A stretch of DNA of 64,000 bases from Anaerolineae bacterium (lineage in GTDB: Bacteria; Chloroflexota; Anaerolineae; B4-G1). Position 1 is the first letter of the stretch. The number at the start of each line of letters is the position of its first letter. Positions 9,542-18,242 of this stretch are shown here, piece after piece. Position numbers and translations under genes: made by a program. The stretch is from positions 414-64,413 of the forward strand of contig JBHIET010000008.1 of assembly GCA_046760785.1 (NCBI GenBank), given 5' to 3'. The notes under the pieces were generated by a model. The model was not told where the DNA came from, ran no database searches, and saw nothing but the letters and a program-made list of their open reading frames with translations.

Positions 9542-9766
9542 ATGTCTGAAGAACAAAAGAAGAACACAAGGCTGCTGGCTTTCTGGTTGTTCGGCACGGT
9601 GATGATCGTCTTTGCGGCGATCACGGCTTACATCTTCCTGTTCACCGCAGGGGTCTTCCCGATGTGGGCGGCCATCAAGGTTGGCTTCCCCATCTGGGGC
9701 ATCACGGCCCTGGCGGCCATCATCATCTACGCCGGATACTACTTCTACACCAAGCGTAAGAGCTAG
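9542..9766 (+). CDS. Small two-TM membrane protein, hypothetical
   Basis: ATG at 9542 follows GGAGGGCAGAGA. There are two hydrophobic spans (LLAFWLFGTVMIVFAAITAYIFLF and FPIWGITALAAIIIYAGYYFY). Confidence 0.5.
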   Translation: MSEEQKKNTRLLAFWLFGTVMIVFAAITAYIFLFTAGVFPMWAAIKVGFPIWGITALAAIIIYAGYYFYTKRKS

Positions 9767-10025
9767 GCCACCAGCCTGGCAACTCAAATCTGATCTGTCT
9801 CCGTCCCCCAACTACGCCAGAGGTGCGGTTCGGGGGGCCGGTTAGTGCTGTCCGGGTGTCGTCAGCCATTCGTCCTGTTTGGCCAGCCTTCCGATGGCAG
9901 TGCGAGGAACCGGTGATGGCGATCACAGGGACAGTCACCTCGCGTCCACCGAGTTCGGCACGCACAGTCTCTCCTGCTACGTAGAAGCCACAGAAAAAGC
10001 TCCCTGTCTCTGCGCGAGGAGCACA

Positions 10026-11003
10026 ATGCACAACGGAATCACGGACGTAGAAGGTATCAAGGTAGGTCACCACACCGACCGGGAGGGCATCACCGGCTGT
10101 ACGGTGGTGCTCTGCGAAGGCGGGGCCGTGGGCGGCGTGGACGTGCGGGGCTCCGCGCCCGGCACCCGCGAGACCGACCTGATGCGCCCGATGAACCTGG
10201 TTCAAGAAGTTCACGCCGTGCTGCTCACCGGTGGCAGCGCCTACGGCCTGGACGCGGCAGGCGGCGTTATGCGCTGGCTGGAGGAGCGGGGCGTTGGCTT
10301 CGATGTCGGCGTGGGGGTGGTGCCTGTTGTGCCAGCGGCAGTGCTGTTCGACCTGACCATCGGTGATCCCAGGGCCCGTCCCGACGCCGAGGCAGGCTAC
10401 CAGGCTTGCCGGTCGGCAACCGATGGGCCGGTGGCCGAAGGATGTGTTGGCGCAGGGACGGGGGCCACGGTGGGCAAGCTACTGGGAGCTAAGTTTGCCA
10501 CCAAAAGCGGCCTGGGCACGGCCAGCGTCAAGATCGGCAGGGGACTCGTCGTGGGGGCCATCGTCGCCGTCAACGGTTTTGGCGACGTGGTAGCTCCAGA
10601 CACCGGCGCGATCCTCGCCGGCACGCGCAAGCCGGTGGTCGGCGGGTTTGTGAATACCGCGAAGCGAATGCAGGGCGACCTGGGCCAGACGGTCCTCGGC
10701 CTTGCCAGCACCACGCTGGCTGTCGTCGCCACCAACGGTTACCTGACGAAAGAGGCGGCAAACAAGGTGGCCCAGATGGCCCACGACGGCCTGGCGCGAA
10801 GCATCCGGCCGGCGCACACCATGTTTGACGGCGACACGGTCTTTGCCCTGGCCACCGGCAAGCCACCCAGAAAAGGGAAAGGGGCCGACGTCTCGGTGGT
10901 TGGCACCGCCGCCGCCGAGGTGCTGGCGCGGGCCGTGGTGCGGGCGGTGCAGCAGGCGGAGTTCCTGGGTGGCGTCCCGGCGGCCCGTGACTTGAAGTCG
11001 TGA
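10026..11003 (+). CDS. P1/S58 family peptidase (DmpA / L-aminopeptidase-D-esterase type)
   Basis: MHNGITDVEGIKVGHHTD, GCTVVL and DVRGSAPGTRETDL. The ATG at 10026 lies inside the longer track ORF 9879..11003. Confidence 0.8.
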   Translation: MHNGITDVEGIKVGHHTDREGITGCTVVLCEGGAVGGVDVRGSAPGTRETDLMRPMNLVQEVHAVLLTGGSAYGLDAAGGVMRWLEERGVGFDVGVGVVPVVPAAVLFDLTIGDPRARPDAEAGYQACRSATDGPVAEGCVGAGTGATVGKLLGAKFATKSGLGTASVKIGRGLVVGAIVAVNGFGDVVAPDTGAILAGTRKPVVGGFVNTAKRMQGDLGQTVLGLASTTLAVVATNGYLTKEAANKVAQMAHDGLARSIRPAHTMFDGDTVFALATGKPPRKGKGADVSVVGTAAAEVLARAVVRAVQQAEFLGGVPAARDLKS

Positions 11004-11130
11004 GGCATGTAGTGTGAGGCGCGAGAGAGATGGTCAGCCTCGCGCATCGTGCTTTATGGCCACGTTTCACACATTGTGCTTCAAGGCCCCAGCACCTCGA
11101 CAGTCCCCACAGCAGCGTGGTCAGGAAACG

Positions 11131-11688
11131 CTATACACTCGACCCGCCGGAGCGGCGGGCGATTTGCTTCCAGGCGGCGACGACGGCGACGGCGATGACG
11201 ACCGCCACGATGATCTCCGGGATGCCGTGGGTGACGGCGATGGTAGCCGCCAGACTGGTATCCATATAGCCACGCAAGACCGCCAGGCTCAGCACGAGGA
11301 TGGTGTTCGTCGCCGTGCCGACGGCCGCGCCCACCCCGACAGCCGTGAGTTCGTTGATCCGCTTCAGGCTGGCGTAGGCGAAGTAGGCCGTCACGCCAAT
11401 GAACAGGCGAGGGACGATGGCCACCAGGGGATCCTTGAAGAGAGGGGTGGTCGCCCGCAGGAAGCTGAATAGGCCAAAGAAAAACCCAATCAATCCCCCC
11501 ACCGGCCAGCCCTCCAGTATGCCGCCAATAATGGCCGGGATGTGCAACGTGGTGGCATTGACACCGGTGGGAAAGGGAATGAACCCGCCGACGGGCAACA
11601 TTCCCAAGAGCACCGTGATGGCCACCATGATGCCGGTGACGACGATTCTGCGTACGAGAACCGTCGTCGTCTGTCGAGTAGTCTCCAT
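11131..11688 (-). CDS. ECF transporter substrate-capture (S) component, substrate unknown
   Basis: A 185-aa polytopic protein sitting last in an EcfA-EcfT operon. It contains GVNATTLHIPAIIGGIL and small-residue-rich helices. Confidence 0.7.
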   Translation of the reverse strand: METTRQTTTVLVRRIVVTGIMVAITVLLGMLPVGGFIPFPTGVNATTLHIPAIIGGILEGWPVGGLIGFFFGLFSFLRATTPLFKDPLVAIVPRLFIGVTAYFAYASLKRINELTAVGVGAAVGTATNTILVLSLAVLRGYMDTSLAATIAVTHGIPEIIVAVVIAVAVVAAWKQIARRSGGSSV

Positions 11689-11698
11689 GATTCTCCTT

Positions 11699-12592
11699 TC
11701 AGATGTGGATTATAGAGCCAAACCAGGCCATCAGCACCTGGTCGAGAGCAGCGAAGTCAACTCTCAGCATGAAGATACAAAACACAGCGGCTGCAGCCAG
11801 GGCCAGGTAGTCAGCCAGCCGAGCGCGCGGCCCCGTCCGTCGGGTGCGTCCTTTCCCGCCGGTGTAGCCCCGCGCTTCCATCGCCACAATCAGGGCCTCG
11901 GATCGGCGCAGGCTGACGAGGAAGAGCGGGATCAAGAGCGGCAGGAGACGGCGCGTCGTCTGAATGAAACGGAAACGGCCGGCCGTACCGAAGTTGGCAC
12001 CCCGCGCGACCTGGGCCTTGACGATCCGCTCCATCTGCAGAGCCAGCGTGGGGACGAAGCGCAGCGCGATGGTCACGACCAGCGATAGTTCGTGGGCTGG
12101 GACTCCGATGCGTTGCAAAGGTGCCAGCAGCCCCTCGGTTCCGTGCACCAACTCGGTCGTCGTCGTCGAGAAGGTCAGCAGGCTGGTGAGCACGATCAAC
12201 TCAACCAGGCGAGCGGTCGAGACGATGATGAGTCGCAGTGTGCAATCCGTCAATTCCACGAAAGCCCACTGGAAGATGGGATTGCAGTCTCCGGTCAGGC
12301 CCAGAGGCCGGGGCGGCAACAGAACCTGAAAAAGGGCCAAGAATGCGAGAACGGGCAGGGCCGGGCGCACGCCCTGCAGTGCATAACCAAGAGGAACGCG
12401 GGTGATGGCCACCAGCAGCAGGACGACCAGCAGCAGGATGGCGTTGGCCAGATATGCATTGCTGAAGGTCACCGCCACGACCACCAGCGCGAAGGCCAGC
12501 AGCTTGAAGCGCGGGTCCAGCCGGTGCACGACAGAGCCGCTAGGCAGGTACTGGCCGATGGTAATATAGCGCAGGAACTCAAACTCGCTCAT
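11699..12592 (-). CDS. ecfT: ECF transporter transmembrane (T) component, EcfT/CbiQ family
   Basis: Multi-TM protein with a coupling-helix Ala-Arg-Gly type motif (IVAMEARGY). Its ATG overlaps the upstream ATPase stop by 4 nt. Confidence 0.8.
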   Translation of the reverse strand: MSEFEFLRYITIGQYLPSGSVVHRLDPRFKLLAFALVVVAVTFSNAYLANAILLLVVLLLVAITRVPLGYALQGVRPALPVLAFLALFQVLLPPRPLGLTGDCNPIFQWAFVELTDCTLRLIIVSTARLVELIVLTSLLTFSTTTTELVHGTEGLLAPLQRIGVPAHELSLVVTIALRFVPTLALQMERIVKAQVARGANFGTAGRFRFIQTTRRLLPLLIPLFLVSLRRSEALIVAMEARGYTGGKGRTRRTGPRARLADYLALAAAAVFCIFMLRVDFAALDQVLMAWFGSIIHI

Positions 12593-14379
12593 CGTCTCAA
12601 CTCCCGACTTCTCTCTGATGAAAAGGAGAGATAGGAGAGAATCGCTGCCTCGGCTTCGTCGAGCGTTAACACGCCCAATGGCACAGGCAGGCCACGGTCG
12701 CGGAGGGCCGCCATCACCGATACGGCCGCGGGGACATCTAACCCCAGGTCCCGCAGTTGCTCGACCTGGGAGAAGACCCAGCGCGTCGGCCCTTGCAGCG
12801 CTACCCGGCCTTCCTCCAACACGTACACCCGGTGAGCCACGGCAGCGACGTCATCCATGTTGTGGGTGGCGATGACCAACGTCATCCCCTGCTGGCGGTT
12901 CAGGCGGCGCAGGGTGGCAAGCAGGTCGCGGCGTGCCTGGGGGTCCAATCCCGCCGTGGGCTCATCCAGAAGAAATAGCCGGGGGCGCAGGGCAAGGACC
13001 CCAGCCAGCGCGGCCTTGCGCCTCTCCCCACCCGATAAGCTCTGGGTGAAGCGGTCCTTGTAAGCCAAGAATGGGAGTCCCGTCGTCTCCATCGCCCAGC
13101 GGACACGCTCACGGACAGCCTCCCGGTCCAGCCCGATTTGGCGCGGACCGAAGGCCACGTCGTCACCGACGTAGGTGTCGAAGAGTTGCTCCTCTGGCCG
13201 CTGGAAGAGTATGCCGACCTGTTGCCGCAGGAACTGCCGGTTGGTCTGGTGAATGCTCACGTCCTGCCCGGCTACGAACACCTGCCCCGCCTGCGGCCGC
13301 AACAGACCCGCCGCGTGCTGCAATAGGGTAGACTTGCCCGATCCGGTCGAGCCAAGCAGCGCCACCACATCCCCGGCGTGCACCTCCAGATCCACCCCGT
13401 CCAGGGCTACGGAGGCGAGGGGGGTATCTACCAGGTAGGTATGGTGCAGGTTACGGATGGCGACGATGGGGTGGTCATTGGAGCAGGGTAGTAGGCGAGC
13501 AGAGGAGCAAGAGGGCAGAGGAGCAAAAGAGCAAGGGAATCTAGACGCGAGAGCGTCGACTAATTCGTCCAGGGTGAGCAGGCCAGACGGAAAACCGGGA
13601 CAGTGGCTAGCCAGTTGGGCCGCCAGGGCAGCCAGCGGCGGCGGCTCCAGCCCCAGCGAAAACGGCAGGTTTAGGTCGGTGAAAAGAGAGCGAGGTGGCC
13701 CATCGAAAGCGACGCGGCCTTCCGCCAGGACAATAACCCGCTCGGCCAGCGCCGCCTCGCTCATCCAGTGGGTGATCAGGACAATGGTGATACCTTTGGC
13801 CTGGAGCCTGTGCAGAAGGGCTAGCACTTCCCGGCGACCGGCAGGGTCAAGCATGGCGGTGGCCTCATCCAACACGAGACATCGGGGGTGCACAGCTAGC
13901 GCTCCAGCGATGGCCACGCGCTGCTGCTGTCCAACGGAGAGAAGGTGAGGTGGACGGTGGCGTAGGTCCCACATCCCCACAGTCTTCAACGCCCAACGCA
14001 CCCGACTCTCAATCTCCCCGGCGGGCAACCCTTGGTTCTCCGGGCCGAAGGCCACGTCGTCCTCCACCGTTGTTGCCACGATCTGGTCTTCCGGCTGTTG
14101 AAAGACCATCGTCACCTGGGAGCGGATAGCAGGCCAGGCATCCCGGTCACGTGTGTCCAGGCCGGCCACCCGAACCTCCCCCTGGGTGGGCAGGAGCAGC
14201 GCGTTGAGGTGGCGGGCGAGGGTGGTCTTACCAGAGCCATTGACACCGACCAGGGCAACAAATTCGCCGGAGCAGAGCGTAAGGCTCGCTCCCCGCAGGG
14301 CGTTGATGGGGCTTGCAGCGTTCCCTTCGTAAGTGTGGTGAAGATCGCTGATTTCGATTAGCAGTTGATCACCGAGCAT
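12589..14379 (-). CDS. ecfA: Fused tandem ECF/ABC ATPase (EcfA1-EcfA2 in one chain)
   Basis: Two Walker A motifs (GVNGSGKTT, GSTGSGKST) and two signature motifs (LSVGQQQRVAIA, LSGGERRKAAL). I place the start at ATG 14379 (MLGDQLLIEISD). The track start at 14412 lies inside a terminator hairpin. Confidence 0.85.
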   Translation of the reverse strand: MLGDQLLIEISDLHHTYEGNAASPINALRGASLTLCSGEFVALVGVNGSGKTTLARHLNALLLPTQGEVRVAGLDTRDRDAWPAIRSQVTMVFQQPEDQIVATTVEDDVAFGPENQGLPAGEIESRVRWALKTVGMWDLRHRPPHLLSVGQQQRVAIAGALAVHPRCLVLDEATAMLDPAGRREVLALLHRLQAKGITIVLITHWMSEAALAERVIVLAEGRVAFDGPPRSLFTDLNLPFSLGLEPPPLAALAAQLASHCPGFPSGLLTLDELVDALASRFPCSFAPLPSCSSARLLPCSNDHPIVAIRNLHHTYLVDTPLASVALDGVDLEVHAGDVVALLGSTGSGKSTLLQHAAGLLRPQAGQVFVAGQDVSIHQTNRQFLRQQVGILFQRPEEQLFDTYVGDDVAFGPRQIGLDREAVRERVRWAMETTGLPFLAYKDRFTQSLSGGERRKAALAGVLALRPRLFLLDEPTAGLDPQARRDLLATLRRLNRQQGMTLVIATHNMDDVAAVAHRVYVLEEGRVALQGPTRWVFSQVEQLRDLGLDVPAAVSVMAALRDRGLPVPLGVLTLDEAEAAILSYLSFSSERSRELRR

Positions 14380-14563
14380 CAAAAAATGCCTTCCGTAGGG
14401 ATCGGAAGGCACGGGGCGGCAAGGGGAAACAAAACGACGGAGCGGGCTCCGTCGGCAGACGATCCTTCCTTCTGCCGTCTCGGTCGCCTCAACGATCCCA
14501 GCGGCACCGGAAAGCGGTGCGTTTGGCTGTTAGATAAGACTCACGGCCTCGTGGGTCCGTGGC
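14380..14563 (-). promoter_or_regulatory. Structured ~185-nt 5' leader of the ECF operon with two tandem terminator-like hairpins (riboswitch/attenuator candidate, class unassigned)
   Basis: Minus-strand RNA hairpins: CACGG..CCGUG; GCACCG-cuuuc-CGGUGC; GGCAGA..UCUGCC. Then GACGGAG-cccg-CUCCGUC followed by GUUUUGUUU (14427..14453). Then GCCUUCCG-aucccua-CGGAAGGC followed by AUUUUUUG directly before the ATG; its 3' arm contains the only SD-like GGAAGG. Confidence 0.5.
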
Positions 14564-14569
14564 GGGTAT

Positions 14570-14597
14570 ATTATACCAGAGAAGGACAGGATGACAA
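14570..14597 (-). promoter_or_regulatory. Sigma70-type promoter of the ECF operon
   Basis: On the minus strand: TTGTCA, 16-nt spacer, TGgTATAAT (extended -10). Confidence 0.6.
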
Positions 14598-14724
14598 GGA
14601 GATCACGCTGGGGACAGGATGACCTCACCGCTACCACGGGGAGCGTTTTCCTTCGCCGCGCCGCATCTACCCCCCTTCCCCACCCCCTGCCTCCTCCCGT
14701 TCCCCCCTGCTGGGGGGGGACTGA

Positions 14725-15851
14725 GGGGGGAAAGCCACCCCCACCCCCATCCCGCCCGCCCCCCAGGCAGAGCAGCCCAGCTACACCGTCCAACGCGGCA
14801 CGGTGACCCGCGCGCTCGAGTTCACCGCCCGCGTCGCGCCCGTGCAGCAGGCCGACCTCTTCTTCCGTGCCGACGGCCACCTCAGCCGCCTGCTCGTCCA
14901 GCGCGATGAGCGCATCCGTGAGGGCGACCTCCTGGCCGAGCTGGAGATGGCCGACCTGCAACGTCAACTGGAAGCCGCCCAACTCGACCGGCAGCAGGCG
15001 CAGAGCTGCGGGCGCAGATCGAGCTGACCCGCTGCCAGGAAGCGCTGGCCTACGCCGAGCAAGAGTACCGGGAGGCGCTCGACCGGCCCTGGGATCCCCA
15101 GGAGGTGCGCGACGCCTGGGCTCATCAGGCGACGGAGGCGCAGCGCAATCTGGAAATCGCCCAGGCAACTTACGACGCCGCCGTGACGGAACGCACCTAC
15201 ACCCTACGCCAACTGGAAAACCAGGTCGCCCAGGTGCAACTGGAATACGAGACCGCGCTGGCCGGCCCCGACCCCCGCCTAGAGCAGACGGTGCGCCAAC
15301 TGGAGGCCCAGGTGGCCGAGCACCAGATCGTGGCCCCTTTCGACGGCGTCGTGCTGGCCGTCTCGGCCGCGCCCGGCGATAGCGTCCCCGCCTACCAGAT
15401 GGTGCTCGTCGTCGGCGACCCCTCGGCGCTGGAACTACGGGCCGAACTCTCCGCCGAGCAGATGAGTGACCTGGCCGTGGGGATGACGGCCACCCTCGCC
15501 CCGGCCGACTACCCCGGCCAGACCTTCCAGGGCCAGGTGTGTCAACTCCCCTACGGCTGGGGCGGGGACGTGGAGGAGACCGACCGCTCCGTCCACATCA
15601 CCCTGGGCAATGCTGCTCCCGCCCTGGAACTGGGCGCACTGGTGCGGGCGACCATCGTCCTCGAAAAGAAGGATGGCGTCCTCTGGCTGCCCCCGGCGGC
15701 GCTTCAGACCTTCCACGGCCGCACATTCGTCATCCTCCAGGAGCCGGACGGCACCCAGCAACGCGTGGACGTGACCACCGGCATCGAAAGTGACGAGCGG
15801 GTCGAGATCGTATCGGGGCTCGAAGAGGGACAGGTTGTCCTGGGGCCGTGA
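14725..15851 (+). pseudogene. HlyD/MacA-type membrane-fusion (periplasmic adaptor) protein, disrupted
   Basis: Typical MFP sequence (AEQPSYTVQRGTVTRALEF, IVAPFDGVV, beta-barrel/MPD tail) is split over two frames, with a shift at about 15000 (frame 1 to frame 3). No start codon or TM anchor is present. The N-terminal region is replaced by a C/G-run palindromic repeat at 14640..14760. Confidence 0.7.
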
Positions 15852-15928
15852 TCGGGACGGGCCTCTTCTTTGACCGGAGACGGTGAACGTGTTATACTGG
15901 TGTTAGACTACTATAGCGAGGTGCGACG

Positions 15929-16324
15929 ATGATTTCTGCACGTGTTCTGGAAACCATCAAACCATTGGTAGCACAATTGACGCCGGTCGAGCGACTGGAA
16001 TTGATCCACTGGATTACCGGTGAAGGGGTCAAGCTGGATAAAAGTGGCCGGGCCGCAGAGAAAACGCCGCAGGATAGCTGGCGTGCCCAGATCAGCGCCG
16101 AGGCCGAAGCCTGGTACGCCCGGCCGGACGAAGACCGACAGCCCTACCTGGGGCAATACGTGGCTGTGAAGGCTGGACGGGTGATAGATCACGATTCGGA
16201 TCGAGTGGTGCTCTACTTCAGGGTACGAAACCAATATCCAAATACCCCGGTGCTCATCACGTCCGCAGAAGCACGCCGTCCACGTGAGTTTCTCGTCCTT
16301 AGCCCCCGTCTGGAGCATGACTGA
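15929..16324 (+). CDS. Hypothetical protein (C-terminal YLGQYVAVKAGRVIDH motif, DUF5678-like)
   Basis: ATG at 15929. The stop lies 2 nt before the start of the next small ORF. The family assignment is from memory of the motif only. Confidence 0.45.
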   Translation: MISARVLETIKPLVAQLTPVERLELIHWITGEGVKLDKSGRAAEKTPQDSWRAQISAEAEAWYARPDEDRQPYLGQYVAVKAGRVIDHDSDRVVLYFRVRNQYPNTPVLITSAEARRPREFLVLSPRLEHD

Positions 16325-16326
16325 CG

Positions 16327-16509
16327 ATGGGATACCCGTACGACCACAGTTACTCCCCACCCATCCCCACACTGGAGATTGCCTTGCGGCTATCAGGAAA
16401 TGATGCTAGCGTCGGCCCTCTCCGCGCCATCGTAGATAGTGGCGCGGATGCCACGCTGATCCCTACATCCCATCTGGGTGCCCTGGGGGCGCGAGCCTGG
16501 GCAGCCTAG
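16327..16509 (+). pseudogene. Retropepsin-like (clan AA) aspartic protease, C-terminally truncated fragment
   Basis: Active-site context LRAIVDSGADATLIP. Only about 60 aa remain, whereas members of this family that I recall are over 110 aa. The ORF ends inside the 5' region of the next GT2 gene. Confidence 0.55.
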
Positions 16510-16519
16510 CTCCTCAGAT

Positions 16520-17410
16520 GTGAACATCAAGCTGAGCGTCCTCATCACGGCCTTCCGTGAGGCAGCGACCATCGGCCCGGCCATTGAGGCGTTCCTGTCC
16601 CAATTGCCTGAAGATGCCGAGATCCTGGTCATATGCCCTGATCCCGTGACGATTGCCGTGGTGGACGATTACGCCGTCCGCTACCCGGCTGTGCGGCACG
16701 TGGCCGACCCGCAGCGGGGCAAGCCGACTGCACTCAATGCCGGATTGAAGATGGCGCGGGGAGACATCGTGGTGCTTAGCGACGGGGACGTGGTCGTGTC
16801 CGAGGACGCGCTGGCCCCGCTGCTGGCTCCCTTCGAGGAGCCACAGGTGGGAGCAGTGAGCGGGCATCCCATCAGCCTCAGTCCCCGCGACACCGTACTG
16901 GGCTACTGGTCGCACCTGCTCGTTGAGGGCATCCACCAGATGCGGTTGACCCGTGACCGGACCGGTCAATTCCTCGTCTGTTCCGGCTACCTCTTCGCTT
17001 TCCGCCGCGCTCTGATCGAACGCGTGCCCGAGGACGCGCTGGCGGAGGACGCCGCGATCTCGCACCACATCGCCCGCCGGGGTCACCGCATCCGTTACGC
17101 GCCTCAGGCGCGCGTCTTTGTCAAGTACCCCGCCACCTACCGGGACTGGCTGCGACAGAAAGTCCGCTCCACCGGCGGCTATGCGCAGGACTACGTGCGC
17201 AAGTCGCCAGTACGTATGCGTTCACTGTGGCTGGAGATTCTCAACGGCACACAACTGGCCCTGCGTCACCCCCGTAACATGCGCGAGTTTCTCTGGACGC
17301 TGCTCCTCTTCGCCGCCCGATTGCACCTGTGGCTGCTCGTGTTCGTCAACGTGCGGCTGTTCCGTCGTCCCCTGAGTACCCTGTGGCAACGAGTTGAGAC
17401 AACAAAGTGA
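16520..17410 (+). CDS. Family-2 glycosyltransferase
   Basis: GTG at 16520 gives VNIKLSVLITAFREAATI. Other features: KPTALNAGL, VLSDGDVVV (DxD) and C-terminal TM helices. Confidence 0.75.
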   Translation: MNIKLSVLITAFREAATIGPAIEAFLSQLPEDAEILVICPDPVTIAVVDDYAVRYPAVRHVADPQRGKPTALNAGLKMARGDIVVLSDGDVVVSEDALAPLLAPFEEPQVGAVSGHPISLSPRDTVLGYWSHLLVEGIHQMRLTRDRTGQFLVCSGYLFAFRRALIERVPEDALAEDAAISHHIARRGHRIRYAPQARVFVKYPATYRDWLRQKVRSTGGYAQDYVRKSPVRMRSLWLEILNGTQLALRHPRNMREFLWTLLLFAARLHLWLLVFVNVRLFRRPLSTLWQRVETTK

Positions 17411-17565
17411 TCTACGACACTTGTAGTCTCCTCGTTCCTGGGACTGAGCAGGCGCGGTTTATGATAGAAATCGCGGCTACTGTCTCTCATTGTGGTAATC
17501 AACCTACAACATCGCCCCACCAGTCTTATTCCAGGCTACTTTATGTATACTAAGGGCCAAAAATC

Positions 17566-17594
17566 TTGACGAGAGAGGACGATTGTGTTATAAT
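17566..17594 (+). promoter_or_regulatory. Near-consensus sigma70 promoter upstream of yceD-rpoD
   Basis: TTGACG (17566-71), 17-nt spacer, TGtTATAAT (TATAAT at 17589-94). Confidence 0.65.
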
Positions 17595-17686
17595 GTGCAC
17601 AATTCATGAGCCACCGAAAGCCTCGCCAAGTCGGGCATCAGGGGCGGTTAGCTACACAGTGACCGTGGGGTTATCTCTAGCTACTT

Positions 17687-18226
17687 ATGGTTCGTTTTGA
17701 TGTTTCTGCCCTTATCAGAGCCCGGCTTGGTACGTCGCTCACCTTTGACGTGGACGCCGGACCTCAGGGCTTGATCGGCGGCTCGGCTGAGGCTTTGATG
17801 CCGAGCTCAGCCGAAGCGCTTGCCGAAGTCCCGGAGGTGGTTTATATCCGCGGGGCCATCCAGGTGATTCGTGTTCAGGGCGGTCTGCTTGTCCAAGGCG
17901 CCATGGAACTACAACTGCCACTGGAATGCGTCCGTTGTCTGGAGTCCTTTGTTTTCACTACTACCCTGGAGTTGGAAGATACGTTTCGCTTACCGGGAGC
18001 GAGTCTGAGGCCAGAGACATCTTACGCGGTGGGCGATGATGGATGGCTTGACCTGACCCCCTTATTGCGCGAGCAATGCTGGCTGAGCATTCCGATGAAA
18101 CCCCTCTGTCGCCCTGACTGTTTAGGATTATGCCCGCATTGTGGCGCGAATCTCAACTCCGAGTCGTGTACCTGCGAAGACGTGAAAATCGATCCACGTC
18201 TGGCGTTATTGAAAGAGTTGCTGTAA
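17687..18226 (+). CDS. yceD: DUF177/YceD family protein (23S rRNA accumulation protein)
   Basis: C-terminal Cys cluster [17 protein letters not shown] and [11 protein letters not shown], typical of YceD. Confidence 0.8.
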   Translation: MVRFDVSALIRARLGTSLTFDVDAGPQGLIGGSAEALMPSSAEALAEVPEVVYIRGAIQVIRVQGGLLVQGAMELQLPLECVRCLESFVFTTTLELEDTFRLPGASLRPETSYAVGDDGWLDLTPLLREQCWLSIPMKPLCRPDCLGLCPHCGANLNSESCTCEDVKIDPRLALLKELL

Positions 18227-18242
18227 TAAGAATAGGAGTTCT

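Noticed and set aside
14380-14563. An attempt to assign the ECF leader to the TPP, FMN, cobalamin, SAM-I, preQ1 or THF riboswitch classes.
   Set aside because: I could not find the conserved cores (THI-box CUGAGA/ACCUGAUCUGGAUAAUGCCAGC, B12 box, FMN CCGACGGU..AAGUCCGGAUG context, SAM-I GGUGGAGGGA). Only short, non-specific resemblances were seen, such as UCUUAUC, CCCGCCACGG and UGCCGACGG. The class is left open pending a covariance-model search.
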